Origin: Octopus vulgaris | Lineage: Eukaryota | NCBI GenBank assembly: GCA_951406725.2 | Contig: OX597814.1 | Coordinates: forward strand, 142,538,001-142,602,000 | Length of the DNA: 64,000 nucleotides | Direction of reading: 5' to 3' | Part shown: piece by piece, positions 14,045 to 27,129 of the stretch | How the letters are laid out: the number at the start of each line of letters is the position of its first letter | Position numbering within the stretch: position 1 is the first letter of the stretch | Notes under the pieces: model-generated | The model's database searches: none | What the model saw: only the letters and a program-made list of their open reading frames with translations | What the model was told of the DNA's origin: nothing | Position numbers and translations under genes: made by a program

Positions 14045-14345
14045 TGGAGGCACATGGGCTAGTGGTTAGAGCAGCGGACTCGCGGTCGAGGGATCGTGGG
14101 TTCGAATCTCAGACCGGGCGATGTGTGTGTTTATGAGCGAAACACCTAAGCTCCACGCAGCTCTGGCAGAAGGTAATGGTGAACTTCTGCCGACACTTTC
14201 GCCACAATTTTGTCTCACTCTTTCCTCCTGCATCTTACAGCTCACCTGCGACGGACCGGCGTTCCGTCCAGGTGGAGAACCTATACGCCAAGGAAACCGA
14301 GAAACCGGCTCTTATGAGCCAGGCATGGCTCGAGAAGGAGCAAAA
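14045..14345 (+). mobile_element. tRNA(Arg)-like-derived SINE related to S3
   Basis: A box GGGCTAGTGG, anticodon-like loop CTCGCG, B box GGTTCGAATCT, then a non-tRNA body similar to S3 (GCGAAACACCTAAGCTCCACG). Confidence 0.8.
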
Positions 14346-14980
14346 AATACTAATATTGAAAATACATTATGGGATATTGATTGTCTTTGTATCAGAGAGA
14401 AGTTTCAGCAGCCATATTTCAAAATCTGGTCTCTGACATTTCCATCTTTGTTCACAGCTCCACTATACGAAATATTTTCATCAATATCAATGCATTGCGT
14501 TGAATTTGGGGTTAATAGAGAGAAACCATTGACGGAATATTTTTGGTTTGGTAAGCAATTTCTCCTCAGTTCGATGTCAATTATAAATGTTTTGGCCCGG
14601 TTCCATCCATATATCAACTGTCATTGTTGTTATAGAATTTGGCTGCTTTTTTAATATTTTAGATTTTTGCGTTGAAGGTCAATTAGATCATTAAAAATGA
14701 GATAATTTATTGCGTTATTGTTTTTTATTGTTTCTTAACCACTGCATATAACTCCTGTACTTATTCTATAAAGACTAATACTTATTCTATCGGTCTCTTT
14801 TGCTGAACCACTAAGATATGGGGACGTAAAAACACCTACACCGGCTGTCAAGCGGGTTGGGGGAACCATCACAGGTACAAAGACACACACGCACTCACAT
14901 AGATACACATTTATTCATATATACATATATAGAACGGGCTTCTTTCAGTTTCATACACGCACACACACATAGATACACAC

Positions 14981-15039
<59 letters not shown>

Positions 15040-15040
<1 letters not shown>

Positions 15041-15268
15041 TTTATTTTAAGCAGCAGAAAATTCAACAAAATCTGTTACTCTGAGTTTCTCGTTGCCGTT
15101 CATCAGACAGTTTTTGCTAGAAAAAACTGTCTGATGAACGGCAACGAGAAACTCAGAGTAACAGATTTTGTTGAATTTTCTGCTGCTTAAAATAAAGCAT
15201 ATTACTCTACCACTGGTATTTCAGTACTCTTTTTTCCACCTTGTTTCACATTTATGTGTTTACTCCGG
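15040..15268 (+). mobile_element. (TA)n-embedded palindromic hammerhead element, family A (PLE-like derivative)
   Basis: 76-bp perfect inverted arms 15040-15115 and 15122-15197, 6-bp spacer, unique tail 15198-15268, (TA)n on both sides. Confidence 0.85.
15127..15164 (+). ncRNA. Type I hammerhead ribozyme motif (mirror copy on - strand at 15073-15110)
   Basis: CUGU-CUGAUGA-A-CG-GCAA-CG-A-GAA-ACUC-A-GAGU-A^ACAG: intact core, stem I CUGU/ACAG, short stem II with GNRA loop, self-complementary stem III, GUA triplet (cut after 15160). Confidence 0.75.
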
Positions 15269-15367
15269 TATATATATATATATATATATATACAACATGC
15301 TTCTTTCAGTTTCCGGCTGTAATCAAAACATACTAGTACAAGGTGTAGACACAGTCTGTGTTTTAAA

Positions 15368-16015
15368 CAGTGGTGGCTCGTAGATAAAATCAGTGGTGGT
15401 GCTTCTTCTGAAAATGTTTAGCCGTTGTTTTAATATTGTGTAAAAGAGAACAAACATATAAAAAGACTATTCATACATAAACTTAGTCGGTTCGCGTTTT
15501 AGTCACTGCCGGGTAGTGTGTTTAATTTGTTCACTGAATACCGCCGCGAATTGTCCCTTGTTTTTCAAAATCCCAACTAAATCACAAAATAAGAGAGGAA
15601 AATCTGCCACTGAGGCTGGAAGCAGCATAATAATCTAATTCTTCACTTTATCACATTCAAGAATATAAACACGTTTTTAGGCACAACACACGCTGAGTCA
15701 AAAAGGAACACTGCCTTTCACCGGCACTGCGTGAACGACAGTGCTCTCTCTCCCTAACGTGCAGCTTTCTATCTCGGACAGGTGAGCATGCGCACAACAA
15801 CCAAACAACGCGTCGCTGGAACTGTGAAGCGTGCAGTTCTATACAAGGATTTTTGTATTTTTACATAAACTAGGAGATGGCTACTAACATTAAACTTAAG
15901 GATTATATAATGTACAAGTATAAAGAAAGAATTAAAGAAAAAAGGACTCATTATATTGAATGTTATCGATAATATCGAGTGGAAATAGGGGGTTCCACAG
16001 TACGAGCCGCCACTG
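15368..16015. mobile_element. Non-autonomous hAT DNA transposon (648 bp)
   Basis: 15-bp TIRs CAGTGGTGGCTCGTA / TACGAGCCGCCACTG (1 mismatch) and perfect 8-bp TSD GTTTTAAA at 15360-15367 and 16016-16023. Confidence 0.92.
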
Positions 16016-16900
16016 GTTTTAAATAATAAAAAACCCAACGTAAGCTAATTTTTTATGAGCGATTGTTCTGTGTATCTGCCTCTCCACTACGTTCCCTTCT
16101 TTCCACTTGCTTATCCATCAATTACTACGTTGCTGTACCATAGTCTTAGAGTTAATCTGTTGCAACTGCTTGTGTAAAGCTTATGCTCAATGATTAAAAC
16201 AAACATAATGTTAAACAAGTCAACCGTGGAGCCTCTACATGGTCATTCAATGTGCTAGAAACAGAAACCAAATCTTCCTCAAACCAAACCCTACCGTCTT
16301 TAAAATTCCACATTGAACAGCGTGGTTAAGGGTAGAATTTGCCTGGAAAAATATTGGGTGGTCTTGATTGGAACGCCTTCGATTATCACTCTGTTTTATC
16401 AGAATCGTCTTGGGACAATACAACAATCAACAGGCACATTGATTGGTCACGCTGCGGCTCCACCGTCGTCTTGTTTAAACATTATAAGCTTCGCCCACAC
16501 TGTTTCAAGCCATTAATACAAAACTAATGAGAATACAGCAACGTGGTAATTGATGGACAAGCAAATGGACAGATGGAATTTGTGGAGATACGCTGAACAA
16601 TTGCTAATGAATAAGCTTAATTATTTATTTTATTTTTTAATTAAAACAACGGTTGCCAGTTTGTTGTTTTTAGTGTTTACCATAAGATCTTCTTGTGCTA
16701 TGATTAATTAGCTTGATATATTAATGTTGCTTTCTGTGGTTCAATTTAACATTCTCAATTGTCTTCTATAGAACATCAACATGGTGTAACAATATCTGCC
16801 TATTACATGGATATATATCACTAAATGTCTTCATGATTGGTTTGTATATATGTATGCATGTATGTATGTATGTATGTATGTATGTGTGTATGTATGTATG

Positions 16901-16997
<97 letters not shown>

Positions 16998-17242
16998 GTG
17001 TGTGTGCGTATATATATATATATATATATATACGCACACACACACAGTGCGGTGAATAAACTGTCGTCTAAATTATGCAAAAATGAAAATAACACTGACA
17101 TCCCATTTTAACGGATATATTTACCAAAATTACATAAATATCTTGAAATACTAAAAAATAAATTTATTCGATAAAATCGCCATTGGCTTCAACCATGGCC
17201 TCCAGACGACTTCGGAATCTCCTGCGACTCTTCTGTTGCACG

Positions 17243-17912
17243 TGTGTGTATACGTGTCTATGTGTTTTGTATGTGTGTGCGCGTTTTGTGTGTGTATACG
17301 GGTTTGCTTACTATACTGTTTGTATCCGTGCCCTTCATATAGTTCTTTCATTTATTTACTTATTTATCTCTCTATTTTTGCCCATTTCATCTTAAGTATG
17401 TGCAGATGTGTCTTATGTGTGTGTGTGTATATGTGTATGGTTTTATGTACTATACTGCTTGTATCTGTGTCTTTTTCCCCCATTCTGTCTTTAGTTGTCA
17501 TGTTGTGTAGTGTGATGATGGTTGGTGTTATTGTTCCATTCGCGTTTTCTGCTGAGGCTCGGTCTGTCTATTACTGTGTGTGGCCTCTGTAATCTTTCTA
17601 AGTGTCGTATCTGTTTTATGCGTTGATAACACCTTAACATCAATGCTATTAATTGAGTATGTTGGTAGAGCATTGATAAGCTTTACTCCTCTTTGAGCTC
17701 CCACCAATGTCCACCTATACGCTCCCCTATGCTACACGCCGTCTCCTCGGTGTAAGTTGTTGTCTTGTTTCTGCACCGTCCTTCAGTACATCATATGCTA
17801 TAATCTAAGAAAATTTTAAAAATCTACATACAAACAGTACAGTAAGCAAACCCATATACACACACAAAAAACACACACATACGAAACATATAGACACGCG
17901 TATACACACACA
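17243..17912. repeat. Imperfect inverted repeat, arms of about 83 bp (17243-17325 and 17828-17912)
   Basis: GGGTTTGCTTACTATACTGTTTGTAT versus ATACAAACAGTACAGTAAGCAAACCC, plus matching flanking TG/CA-rich sequence. Confidence 0.75.
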
Positions 17913-18178
17913 CGCACACATACATACACACCCATACACACCCATACACACACAAGCGCAAACTTATCTGCAGATAAGGATACACACCACAGAAAGATAG
18001 AATGGGCTAAACAGAAAAGGAGATACGTGGGATGGAGAGTCGCTGGAATGGTCATAGGTGTGTGACGAAAACTTTCCAGAGAATGGACATAAAATAAGAA
18101 CAATAATAAACAAGTGATGAACGAATAAGTAGTGCATGTGTTTATTTGGCAAAAAAAAACAGCCACTTAAATATAACA

Positions 18179-18244
<66 letters not shown>

Positions 18245-19774
18245 ATGCCTCTGTGTATATATATATTTCCGTTACTGGTTTTGCTGTTTTGATTTGTTTT
18301 CCCATAGACCTCATAGCTCGCCCTTTTTGCTGTTCGGTCTAGAGAACCTTTTTTTTTGTACCTTACTCTGTCCTTCATTTTAGCTCAATTATGCCCCAGC
18401 AGTTTTTTTTTACTTTTAACGCCACTAAATTGAACAATATTATTCATAAAGTCTCGAAATTGTGACACGTTACCGTTGATGTTAAAACACATCTATACGT
18501 TTCGATGTTCAGTCAAGATGAATTACAATCAGACTCTTTCTGTTTAATTCCAAATCCTAAACCCAATTCATCCTTCTGAGAATGGGACACTTTTCTACAG
18601 AGATGTAGAAAAGCACCCCATTCTTCTCCTGATTACAGCTTATAGATCAAAAGCAAGTCTGCGGGTCATGCTGGTTCGTTCTCATAGTGATTTGATTCTT
18701 GTTAAACAGCTTTTCATTCGACGACAAAAACAGTTTGTGTTAGAATTATAAATCTGCATTCAAATATTTCAAGTGCAGTATCAGCGTATACCATAATTAC
18801 AAAAAAATCTTCGTGAAATGCAGTTAGTGTTCGGTGAATTCATTATCGATCTTATAATATGAGTAAGGTCGGCATAATTGTAGAGGAAAAGTTTCAAACG
18901 CACGTTTTTAACAATCCCTAACGCCCTCCTTGTCTGTAGTTTATGGCGCCATGTAAATACGTCTGTATGCGTATATGCATGTATGTATGCGTATATGAAT
19001 GTATGTCTAAGTATGTATGTATGTGTATATGTATGTAAGCATGTATGTATATATGTATGTATGCATGCACATATGTGTGTATATATAGATATATATATAT
19101 ATGTATGAATGTATGGATGGATGTATGTATGCATGCATATATCAAAGTACCTACATATAATGTATTTATGTAAGTATATATGTATTTGTATATAGGTATG
19201 TTTATATGTTTCTAAGTATGTATGCATATGGGTGAATGTATACATATATCTATGTATCTACACATAACACATGTATGTAAGTATATAACTATACATGCAT
19301 GTATGGATGTATGTATGCATCTATTTATACCCATAAGATATATCTATATCTGTCAGCCTATTTTTCTTTCTATCTCTGAATCTGTACCTTTAATGTATAT
19401 CTGTGAATGTATATGTGCATGTACCTGTCTATGACCATGTTTAAATCTATATCTATCAACAAACTTCATTTCTTTCTTTATCTTCCCGCTTTTCTCTACA
19501 TGTGTGTACGTGCATGCGTACAGCTGCACGCGCGCGCTTGTGTACGCATGCTTGTCTGTACGTCAAATGTATTAACACACGCGTGTATATAATGTGGCGG
19601 AGTGTAACTTTATGCTAAACTACTCAACTAGTCAAATATCAAACACTCCGTTATTGATCTATCCAAACCACAATTATTATAGCTTGTATTTTTAGGTATT
19701 TATCCCTTTTCTGCAATATATTTTTTTTAAAAACCCCAAAAACATCGACTCAGAATTTATGCATACATACATAC

Positions 19775-19849
<75 letters not shown>

Positions 19850-20072
19850 TATACATGTATCTATACAAGTATATTTATAAATATGTATGTATATATATAT
19901 ATATACATATATACGTGTATTTATATATACATATATTATACACACACACACTCACATACACACACTCACATACACACACATACATAATAGGTATATACGT
20001 ATTTATATATATATATATGCATATATATACATATATACATATATATATATATACATATATATAAATACATAC

Positions 20073-20121
<49 letters not shown>

Positions 20122-20180
20122 CATATATGTATATACAAATACATATATGTATATACAAATACATATATATATAAATACAC

Positions 20181-20211
<31 letters not shown>

Positions 20212-20737
20212 CATATATATGTATGTATGTATGTATGTATATATACTGTGGTGAGAGAAACAAAAATATAATTTCGTATATTGATTATATTATATGCAGT
20301 AATAGTTTTTCACTTCTTACCTATCATATTGGGTGTCTAGCTACTTATATTGTAATTTGATTGTGGCGTCTTATATCTGAGGTCACATCCACGCTCACGC
20401 ACCTTCGCACACAAACGCACACACACATACATAAACCTTCACACAAATGTATGCCTGTATGTGTATCTGTATGTGTGCGCGCTCGAAGAATTTAAACTTA
20501 CTGTGCATTGCATGTGAATATGTTGTCGTTTAACTAAATAATCTCTCACTCACACATGCACATAAATATACATGCTTATAAACGGATAAGTGTGTGTGTG
20601 TGTGCGTGTTTATACAGTATATTATATTAAATTTTACGCACACGCATACATACATCCTCTATTAAATTTCACACACACACACTCACACACATATATATTA
20701 AACTTATATATGTGTGCATGTGAGTGTGTAAGTGTGC

Positions 20738-20820
<83 letters not shown>

Positions 20821-21203
20821 CTCTTTTACTTGTTTCAGTCATTTGACTGCGGCCATGCTGGAGCACCGCCTTTAGTCGAGCAAATCGACACCAAGACTTA
20901 TTCCTTGTAAGCCTAGTACTTATTCTATCGGTCTCTTTTGCCGAACCGCTAAGTTACGGGGACGTAAACACACCAGCATCGGTTGTCAAGTGATGTTGGG
21001 GGGACAAACACAGGCACACAAACACACACGCATATATATATACATATACATATATACGACGGGCTTCTTTCAGTTTCCGTCTACCAAATCCACTCAGAAG
21101 GCTATAGTAGAAGACACTTGCCCATGGTGCCACGCAGTGGGACTGAATCCGGAACCATGTGGTTGATAAGTAAGCTAGTTACCACACAGCCACTCCTGCG
21201 CCT
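20821..21203 (-). mobile_element. SINE S1
   Basis: Reverse complement of the S1 consensus with an internal CA/TA tract and a small deletion. Confidence 0.88.
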
Positions 21204-21421
21204 GATCTTTTTCTATATACATCTATGCAGATTTAGTTTTATAAATGAGAAGAAATGAACGCAGTACATAAAGCATATATATATCATTTCTTAGGTATGA
21301 CTTAACGTAAGAGACTTAGAAACCTTAGATTTTCTTGCCAATGGATTTGTCAAAGTTCTACAAGAGCTTGTTGATGCAACTCTAGAACTGTGAGCCACTT
21401 ATGTAACTTTTCATATATATG

Positions 21422-21455
<34 letters not shown>

Positions 21456-21772
21456 TGTATGTATGTATGTATGTATGTATGTATGTATGTATGTATGCAT
21501 AAATATCAAACATCGTTATCGAGTTAGGGACAGAGAGATCTAATGGATACAAATTAATTTATTAATCAATCAATTTATTAATCAATCATTTTACGATATT
21601 TTATATAATATATTTATTGAAAAAATATCTCTTTAAAATATAGTAAATTAAATCAGTGTATCTTGGATAAATATCCCCATAAGAGGTTTACATGTCCTCA
21701 TTGTGACTAAATATACTCTCTCCCTCTCTCACTCTCTCACTCTCACTCTCTCTCTCTCTCTCTCTGTATATA

Positions 21773-21842
<70 letters not shown>

Positions 21843-22144
21843 GCAAAACATTCAAACGTTGAGATTTGAAATCAGATATCACTACTGTTCATATCATATG
21901 TGGATAAATTAAAAAATTGATATCACCAGCAGTGACATAGGTGGATCGGAGGGGCAATAGCATTAAGTAGCTATGAATTATAAATTTGCACGAAGCATAA
22001 TGATGCTTAACAAGGATCCACCTGCTAGAAATAAGAGCTAAAGTCTTAAATTTACCCACTGTACCACACCAAGATAACAGAGAAAAACAGTATGCTAGGA
22101 AAACAGAAAGGATTAAAAAATTTATCAGCACAAATAATATATAT

Positions 22145-22473
22145 ATGGCTCAGTGGTTAGAGCGTCGAGCTTACGATCGTGAGGTTGTGAGCTCGAATCC
22201 CGGACCGGGCTGCGTGTTGTGTTCTTGAGCAAGGCACTTTATTTCACGTTGCTCCAGTTCACTCAGCTGTAGAAATGAGTTGCGACGTCACTGGTGCCAA
22301 GCTGTATCGACCTTTGTCTTTCCCTTGGATAACACTGGTGGCGTGGAGAGGGGAGGCTGGTATGCATGGGCGACTGCTGGTCTTCCATAAACAACCTTGC
22401 CCGGACTTGTGTCTAGGAGGGTAACTTTCTAGGTGCAATCCCATGGTCATTCATGACCGAAGGGGGTCTTTAC

Positions 22474-22477
<4 letters not shown>
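22145..22477 (+). mobile_element. tRNA-derived CORE-like SINE inserted in (TA)n
   Basis: A box TGGCTCAGTGG, B-box-like GCTCGAATCC, CORE-like TTGAGCAAGGCACTTTA. Confidence 0.8.
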
Positions 22478-22509
<32 letters not shown>

Positions 22510-22510
<1 letters not shown>

Positions 22511-22733
22511 ATTGACCGCTAGCTCCAAAAGATTTTTTATTCTTTCTCTGTTTATTTCCTCGTGTTCGTTTCTGTTGAAGAGTGTAGGCTCGAAACGTAA
22601 AAGATTTTCTCACCTTCCCAAGTGTTACACTAATACACCTGTTTGTTGTTTATACACCTGTTTGTTGTTTATACACCTGTTTGTTGTTTATACACCTGTC
22701 TTCGTCTTATGTTTTTTTCTGTAAATTTTAACT
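22510..22733 (+). mobile_element. PLE-like 3'-end element, family B variant, with variant hammerhead at 22569-22602
   Basis: UUU-CUGUUGA-A-GAGU-GUAG-GCUC-GAAACGUA^AAA (core A6 changed to U); 19-bp tandem ATACACCTGTTTGTTGTTT in the tail; (TA)n both sides; homolog at 50355-50545. Confidence 0.65.
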
Positions 22734-22753
22734 ATATATATATATATATATAT

Positions 22754-22943
22754 GTAGGTCCCGGGTTGATTCGGGGTTAACCACAGTAAATAAGGTACTC
22801 AATACATAGCAGAGTAAAATTAATTTATTATATAGAAGGAGTTCTACAGGACTAGAACTGTTTCATTCAAGAGAAATCTTCAGGAAGCCCTTCCTGAAGA
22901 TTTCTCTTGAATGAAACAGTTCTAGTCCTGTAGAAGCTCCTTC

Positions 22944-22952
<9 letters not shown>
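22754..22952 (-). mobile_element. (TA)n-embedded palindromic hammerhead element, family C copy 1
   Basis: Arms 22826-22887 and 22890-22952 (one 1-nt indel, spacer CC), unique tail 22754-22825; homolog of 52519-52710. Confidence 0.88.
22890..22936 (+). ncRNA. Type I hammerhead ribozyme motif (mirror copy on - strand at 22842-22887)
   Basis: CUUC-CUGAAGA-U-UUC-UCUU-GAA-U-GAA-ACAG-UUCUAGUC-CUGU-A^GAAG: stems I, II and III all present, GUA triplet (cut after 22932). Confidence 0.85.
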
Positions 22953-22981
<29 letters not shown>

Positions 22982-22986
<5 letters not shown>

Positions 22987-23161
22987 ATCCAAACAAGAAA
23001 ACACAGAAAAAAAACAGAAAAAACACAGCAACGCGAGGACGTGGAACAATTAAAGTATTATTTGACGCTCAGGAAAGAAGGGAAGGGGGGTTTAACGTTT
23101 CGAGCGGAGCTCTTCGTCGGAAACAAGGAGAAGGAAAGATCCCAAGAAGGGAAGACAGAGG

Positions 23162-23163
<2 letters not shown>
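22982..23163 (-). mobile_element. PLE-like 3'-end element family B with variant minimal hammerhead at 23090-23124
   Basis: Minus strand GUUU-CCGACGA-A-GAGC-UCC-GCUC-GAAACGUU^AAAC (core U4 changed to C); homologous to 43140-43347; (TA)n both sides. Confidence 0.75.
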
Positions 23164-23220
<57 letters not shown>

Positions 23221-23633
23221 TTTTTCTTTCGAAAAAGTGTTTTTACACAATTGCTTGAAAGTGCTCAGATCGAATGTGCAATATAACGTTTATGTTGACG
23301 TAAATCATGAGTATAGGATAATTATCTAAACTTTGTCTCTTCCCAAACCAAGTTTTATCATTCTTTTATTTTTTTTCATTCATTTGATTGTGGCTATCCT
23401 GGAGCACCGTTTTTTGTCGTACAAATCGAAACCAGGATTTATTCTTTGTTAGTACTTATTCTATCGGTTTCTTTTACTGAACCGCTAAATTACGGGGATG
23501 TAAACACATCAACGTCGGTTGTCAAGTGATGGTGGTGGGACAAACACAGACACACAAGCATACACACGCACCCACACACATATACACGCACACACACGCG
23601 TATATATATATATATTTATATATGTATATACAT

Positions 23634-23990
23634 TCGTGGCACTCCGTCGTTTACGACGACGAGGGTTCCAGTTGATCCGATCAACGGAACAGCCTACTCG
23701 TGAAATTAACGTGCAAGTGGCTGAGCACTCCACAGACACGTGTACCCTTAACGTTGTTCTCGGGGAGATTCAGCGTGACACAGAGTGAAATGCAGATACC
23801 ACGGAAACAGGAAGAAAGAGTGAGAGAAAGTTGTGATGAAAGAGTTTAGCAGGGTTCGCCACCACCCACCTACCGGAGTTTCGTGGAGCTTTCGGTGTTT
23901 TCGCTCAATAAACACTCACAACGCCCGATCTGGAAATCGAAACCGCGATCCTACGACCGCGAGTCTGCTACCCTGCTATTGCGCCATTAC
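23634..23990 (-). mobile_element. SINE S3, adjoining an S1 tail fragment (about 23380-23580)
   Basis: Homologous to 3716-4100. Confidence 0.8.
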
Positions 23991-23992
23991 TG

Positions 23993-24399
<407 letters not shown>

Positions 24400-24400
<1 letters not shown>

Positions 24401-26560
24401 CAACAGATGTGTGTGTATGTGTGAGTGTGTGCGTGTGCGTGTGTGTATGTGTGTGTGAGGCGAGGTAAAAAAACAAAAAATATATGTATGTGTTAGTGTG
24501 TGCGTCTGTGTGTAGGCGTGTGAGGTAGGGCGAGACGGTGGTCAGCATAGCAGCAGCATAGCAGACAAAGGTCAGTAGTGAGAAAAGGGAGGAAGGAGGA
24601 AGGGAGGGAGGGGAAGGGGTGGGGGCGTATGTAGCGTGCCAGCGTGTGTTGAGTAGTAGTGTGTGTGTGTGTCCAGTGTCGTGGTAGTATTAGTGGCGAG
24701 TAGATTGAATGTGTGTAAGAGTGATGTATATGTTTAAGCAATGTGTGTATATGTGTGCGCGTGTGTGTAACGAAAAAAAGGGGGGTTTTAGGAAAAGGAC
24801 TCCAGCGGAGGGGAAGATGGAAGAGTGGTCCCGCGGAGACGGGCGTGGGAAAACCCAACGACAAGCGACAACCCAGGAACGGGCGGGAGGTCTCGTCGGG
24901 TCCAAGGGCGAGGTGCATGCGGGCGCATGCGTGCGCGAACCGGCGCAAACGCGTGTGTGCGCGAGCCTGCGAGTGTGCGCGTACGTATGTGTGCGTGTGG
25001 ATGTGTGAGTGTGTCTGTGTGTATGTCTGGGTGGCAGTGTGTCCGATGAATGTATGTGAGTATGTGTGTATATATGTGTGTGCATAGATGTATGTCCGTG
25101 TGTGTGTGTGTGTGTGTATGTGTGTATGAGTGTGTATGTATGTACGTGTGGGTGTGGGGAAGTGTGTGTATGTGCATGTGTGTGCGCGAACATACAGGTG
25201 TGTGAGTGAGTGCGTGTGTGTGTATGTATGTGTGAGTGTGTATGTATGTGTGTGTAGGATGCATGTATGTGTATGGGTGTATGTATGCGTGTGTGTATGT
25301 ATGTATGTGTACGTGCGTGTGTGTGTGTGTATGCGTGTAGGTGTGCGCGTGTGCATGCGTGCATGTATGTGCGTATGTGTGTGTGTGTGCATGTGTGTGG
25401 GTATATATGTGTGTGCGTATATGTGTGTGTATGTGCGTACATGTGTGTGTGTGTGCATGTGTGTGTGTAGGTGTGTAGGCGTGTGTGTATAGGTGTATGT
25501 ATGTAAGTATGTATGGGTGTGTCCGTGTATGTGTGTATGTATGTGTGTGTATGTAGCTGTGTGGGCGTGTGTATATGTGTGTGTATGTAGGTGTGTAGGC
25601 GTGTGTATATAGGTGTATGTATGTATGTCTGGGTGTGTCCGTGCATGTTTGTGTGTGTGTGTGTGTGTGCATGTGTATGTAGGTGTGTGTGTACGTGTGT
25701 AATGTATGTGTGTCTGCGTGTGTATGCGTGCGTGTGTGTATGTAGGTGCGTGTGTATGTGTGTGGGAGTGTAGGTGTGTGTGTGCGTGTGCGTGTTTATG
25801 TTGGTGTGTGCGTATGTGAGTGTGAGTGTATGAGTGTTTGTCATGCATGTGTGTGCGCGTGCAGGTGAGTGTGTGTGTAAGTATGTGTGTGTGTATGTTT
25901 GTGTGAGTGTGTATGTGTGTATGTCTGTGTGTATGTATGTGCGTATAGGAGTATGTAGGTATGTGTGTGTGTATGTATATGGGTGTATGTATGTGTGTGT
26001 GTGTGCATGTGTATAAGTATATGCGTGTGTGCGTATGTGTGTGTATGTGTATGTGTGTGTGTTTATGTATGTGTGTATGTATGTGTGTAGGCGTGAGTGT
26101 GTAGATGTATGTATGTATGGGTGTGTGTCAGTGTGTGTTTGTGTGTGTGTAGGTAGATGTGTGTGTCTGAGTGAGGGTATGGCTGTGTAGGTGTGTGTGT
26201 GTATGAATGTAAGTGTGTGTGTATACAAGTGTAATGTATGTATGTGGGTGTGTGTGTGTGTGTATGTGTACGTGTGCGTGTGTATGTGTGTGTGTGTATG
26301 CGTGTGAGTGTGGGTGTATGGGTGTATGTCTGTGTGTGTGTATGTCTGAAGTGGGTATGTGTGTGTATGTATGTATGTGTGTGTGTGTGCGGGTATGTGT
26401 GTGTGTGTATGTGTGTGTGTGAGTAGGTGTGCGTGTATGTATGTGGGTAGGGATGCATGCGAGTGTGTGGGTATGTATGCAAACATACGCAAGCGCACAT
26501 CCGAAGCAAGCCCACACACACGAAGCGCGCTCACGCACACAACGCACAAGCAGTGCAACG
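24400..26560. repeat. About 2.1 kb degenerate (TG)/(TATG)-rich low-complexity tract with GC-rich islands
   Basis: Source of the spurious 451-aa and 642-aa His/Thr ORFs. Confidence 0.85.
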
Positions 26561-27129
26561 CAAGCCCAAAGGGGCCGACCGAGCCCCCAGCGCGCGCCAA
26601 GGCGCGATACAAACACACAACTTTCAGTCATTAGACCGCAGGGCCATGCTAGAGCATCACCTTGGAGAATTCTTTTAGGAAAAGGAATCGACCCCATTGC
26701 TTATGGGTTTTTTAAAACCTGCTATTTATTTTATTTGTATCTTTTACCAAACTACTGTGTATATATATGTATATATATACGTGTATATATGTATGTATGT
26801 ATGTATCTGTGTGTATGTATGTATGCGTGTATGTATGTATGTATGTATGCATGTGTGTGTATATGTATTTAAGTATGTATGTATGTATGTATGTATTTAT
26901 CTCAATTAGTGAGAAATATAGCTATGAGATATAAAAATTAATTATATAATAGGTTCTTTTTAAAAGAAAATCACGTAATTTCAATAATTAGAGTTATCAA
27001 AACTTATTCAGCTTTCCTTATAACACATTTGGTAATGATATTCTATTTTATTGACTGATGCAGACTGAACTAACTCACAAATACTTGGTGTCTCTAGATT
27101 TGTTCTTGTATTTTTATTAATATAAGGTG

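Noticed and set aside
14045-14120. tRNA-Arg-like gene (also the tRNA-like head at 22145-22215)
   Set aside because: Imperfect cloverleaf that continues into a SINE body.
14121-14654. 177-aa ORF with a donor-like GTAAGC
   Set aside because: The first half is SINE sequence and the rest has no recognisable homology.
18490-18540. Minus-strand GAAACGUA preceded by a hairpin
   Set aside because: The upstream box reads CUGAUUG and stem I is absent.
24493-26618. 451-aa and 642-aa His/Thr/Tyr-rich ORFs
   Set aside because: Translations of degenerate (CA)n/(CATA)n, which lack stop codons by composition.
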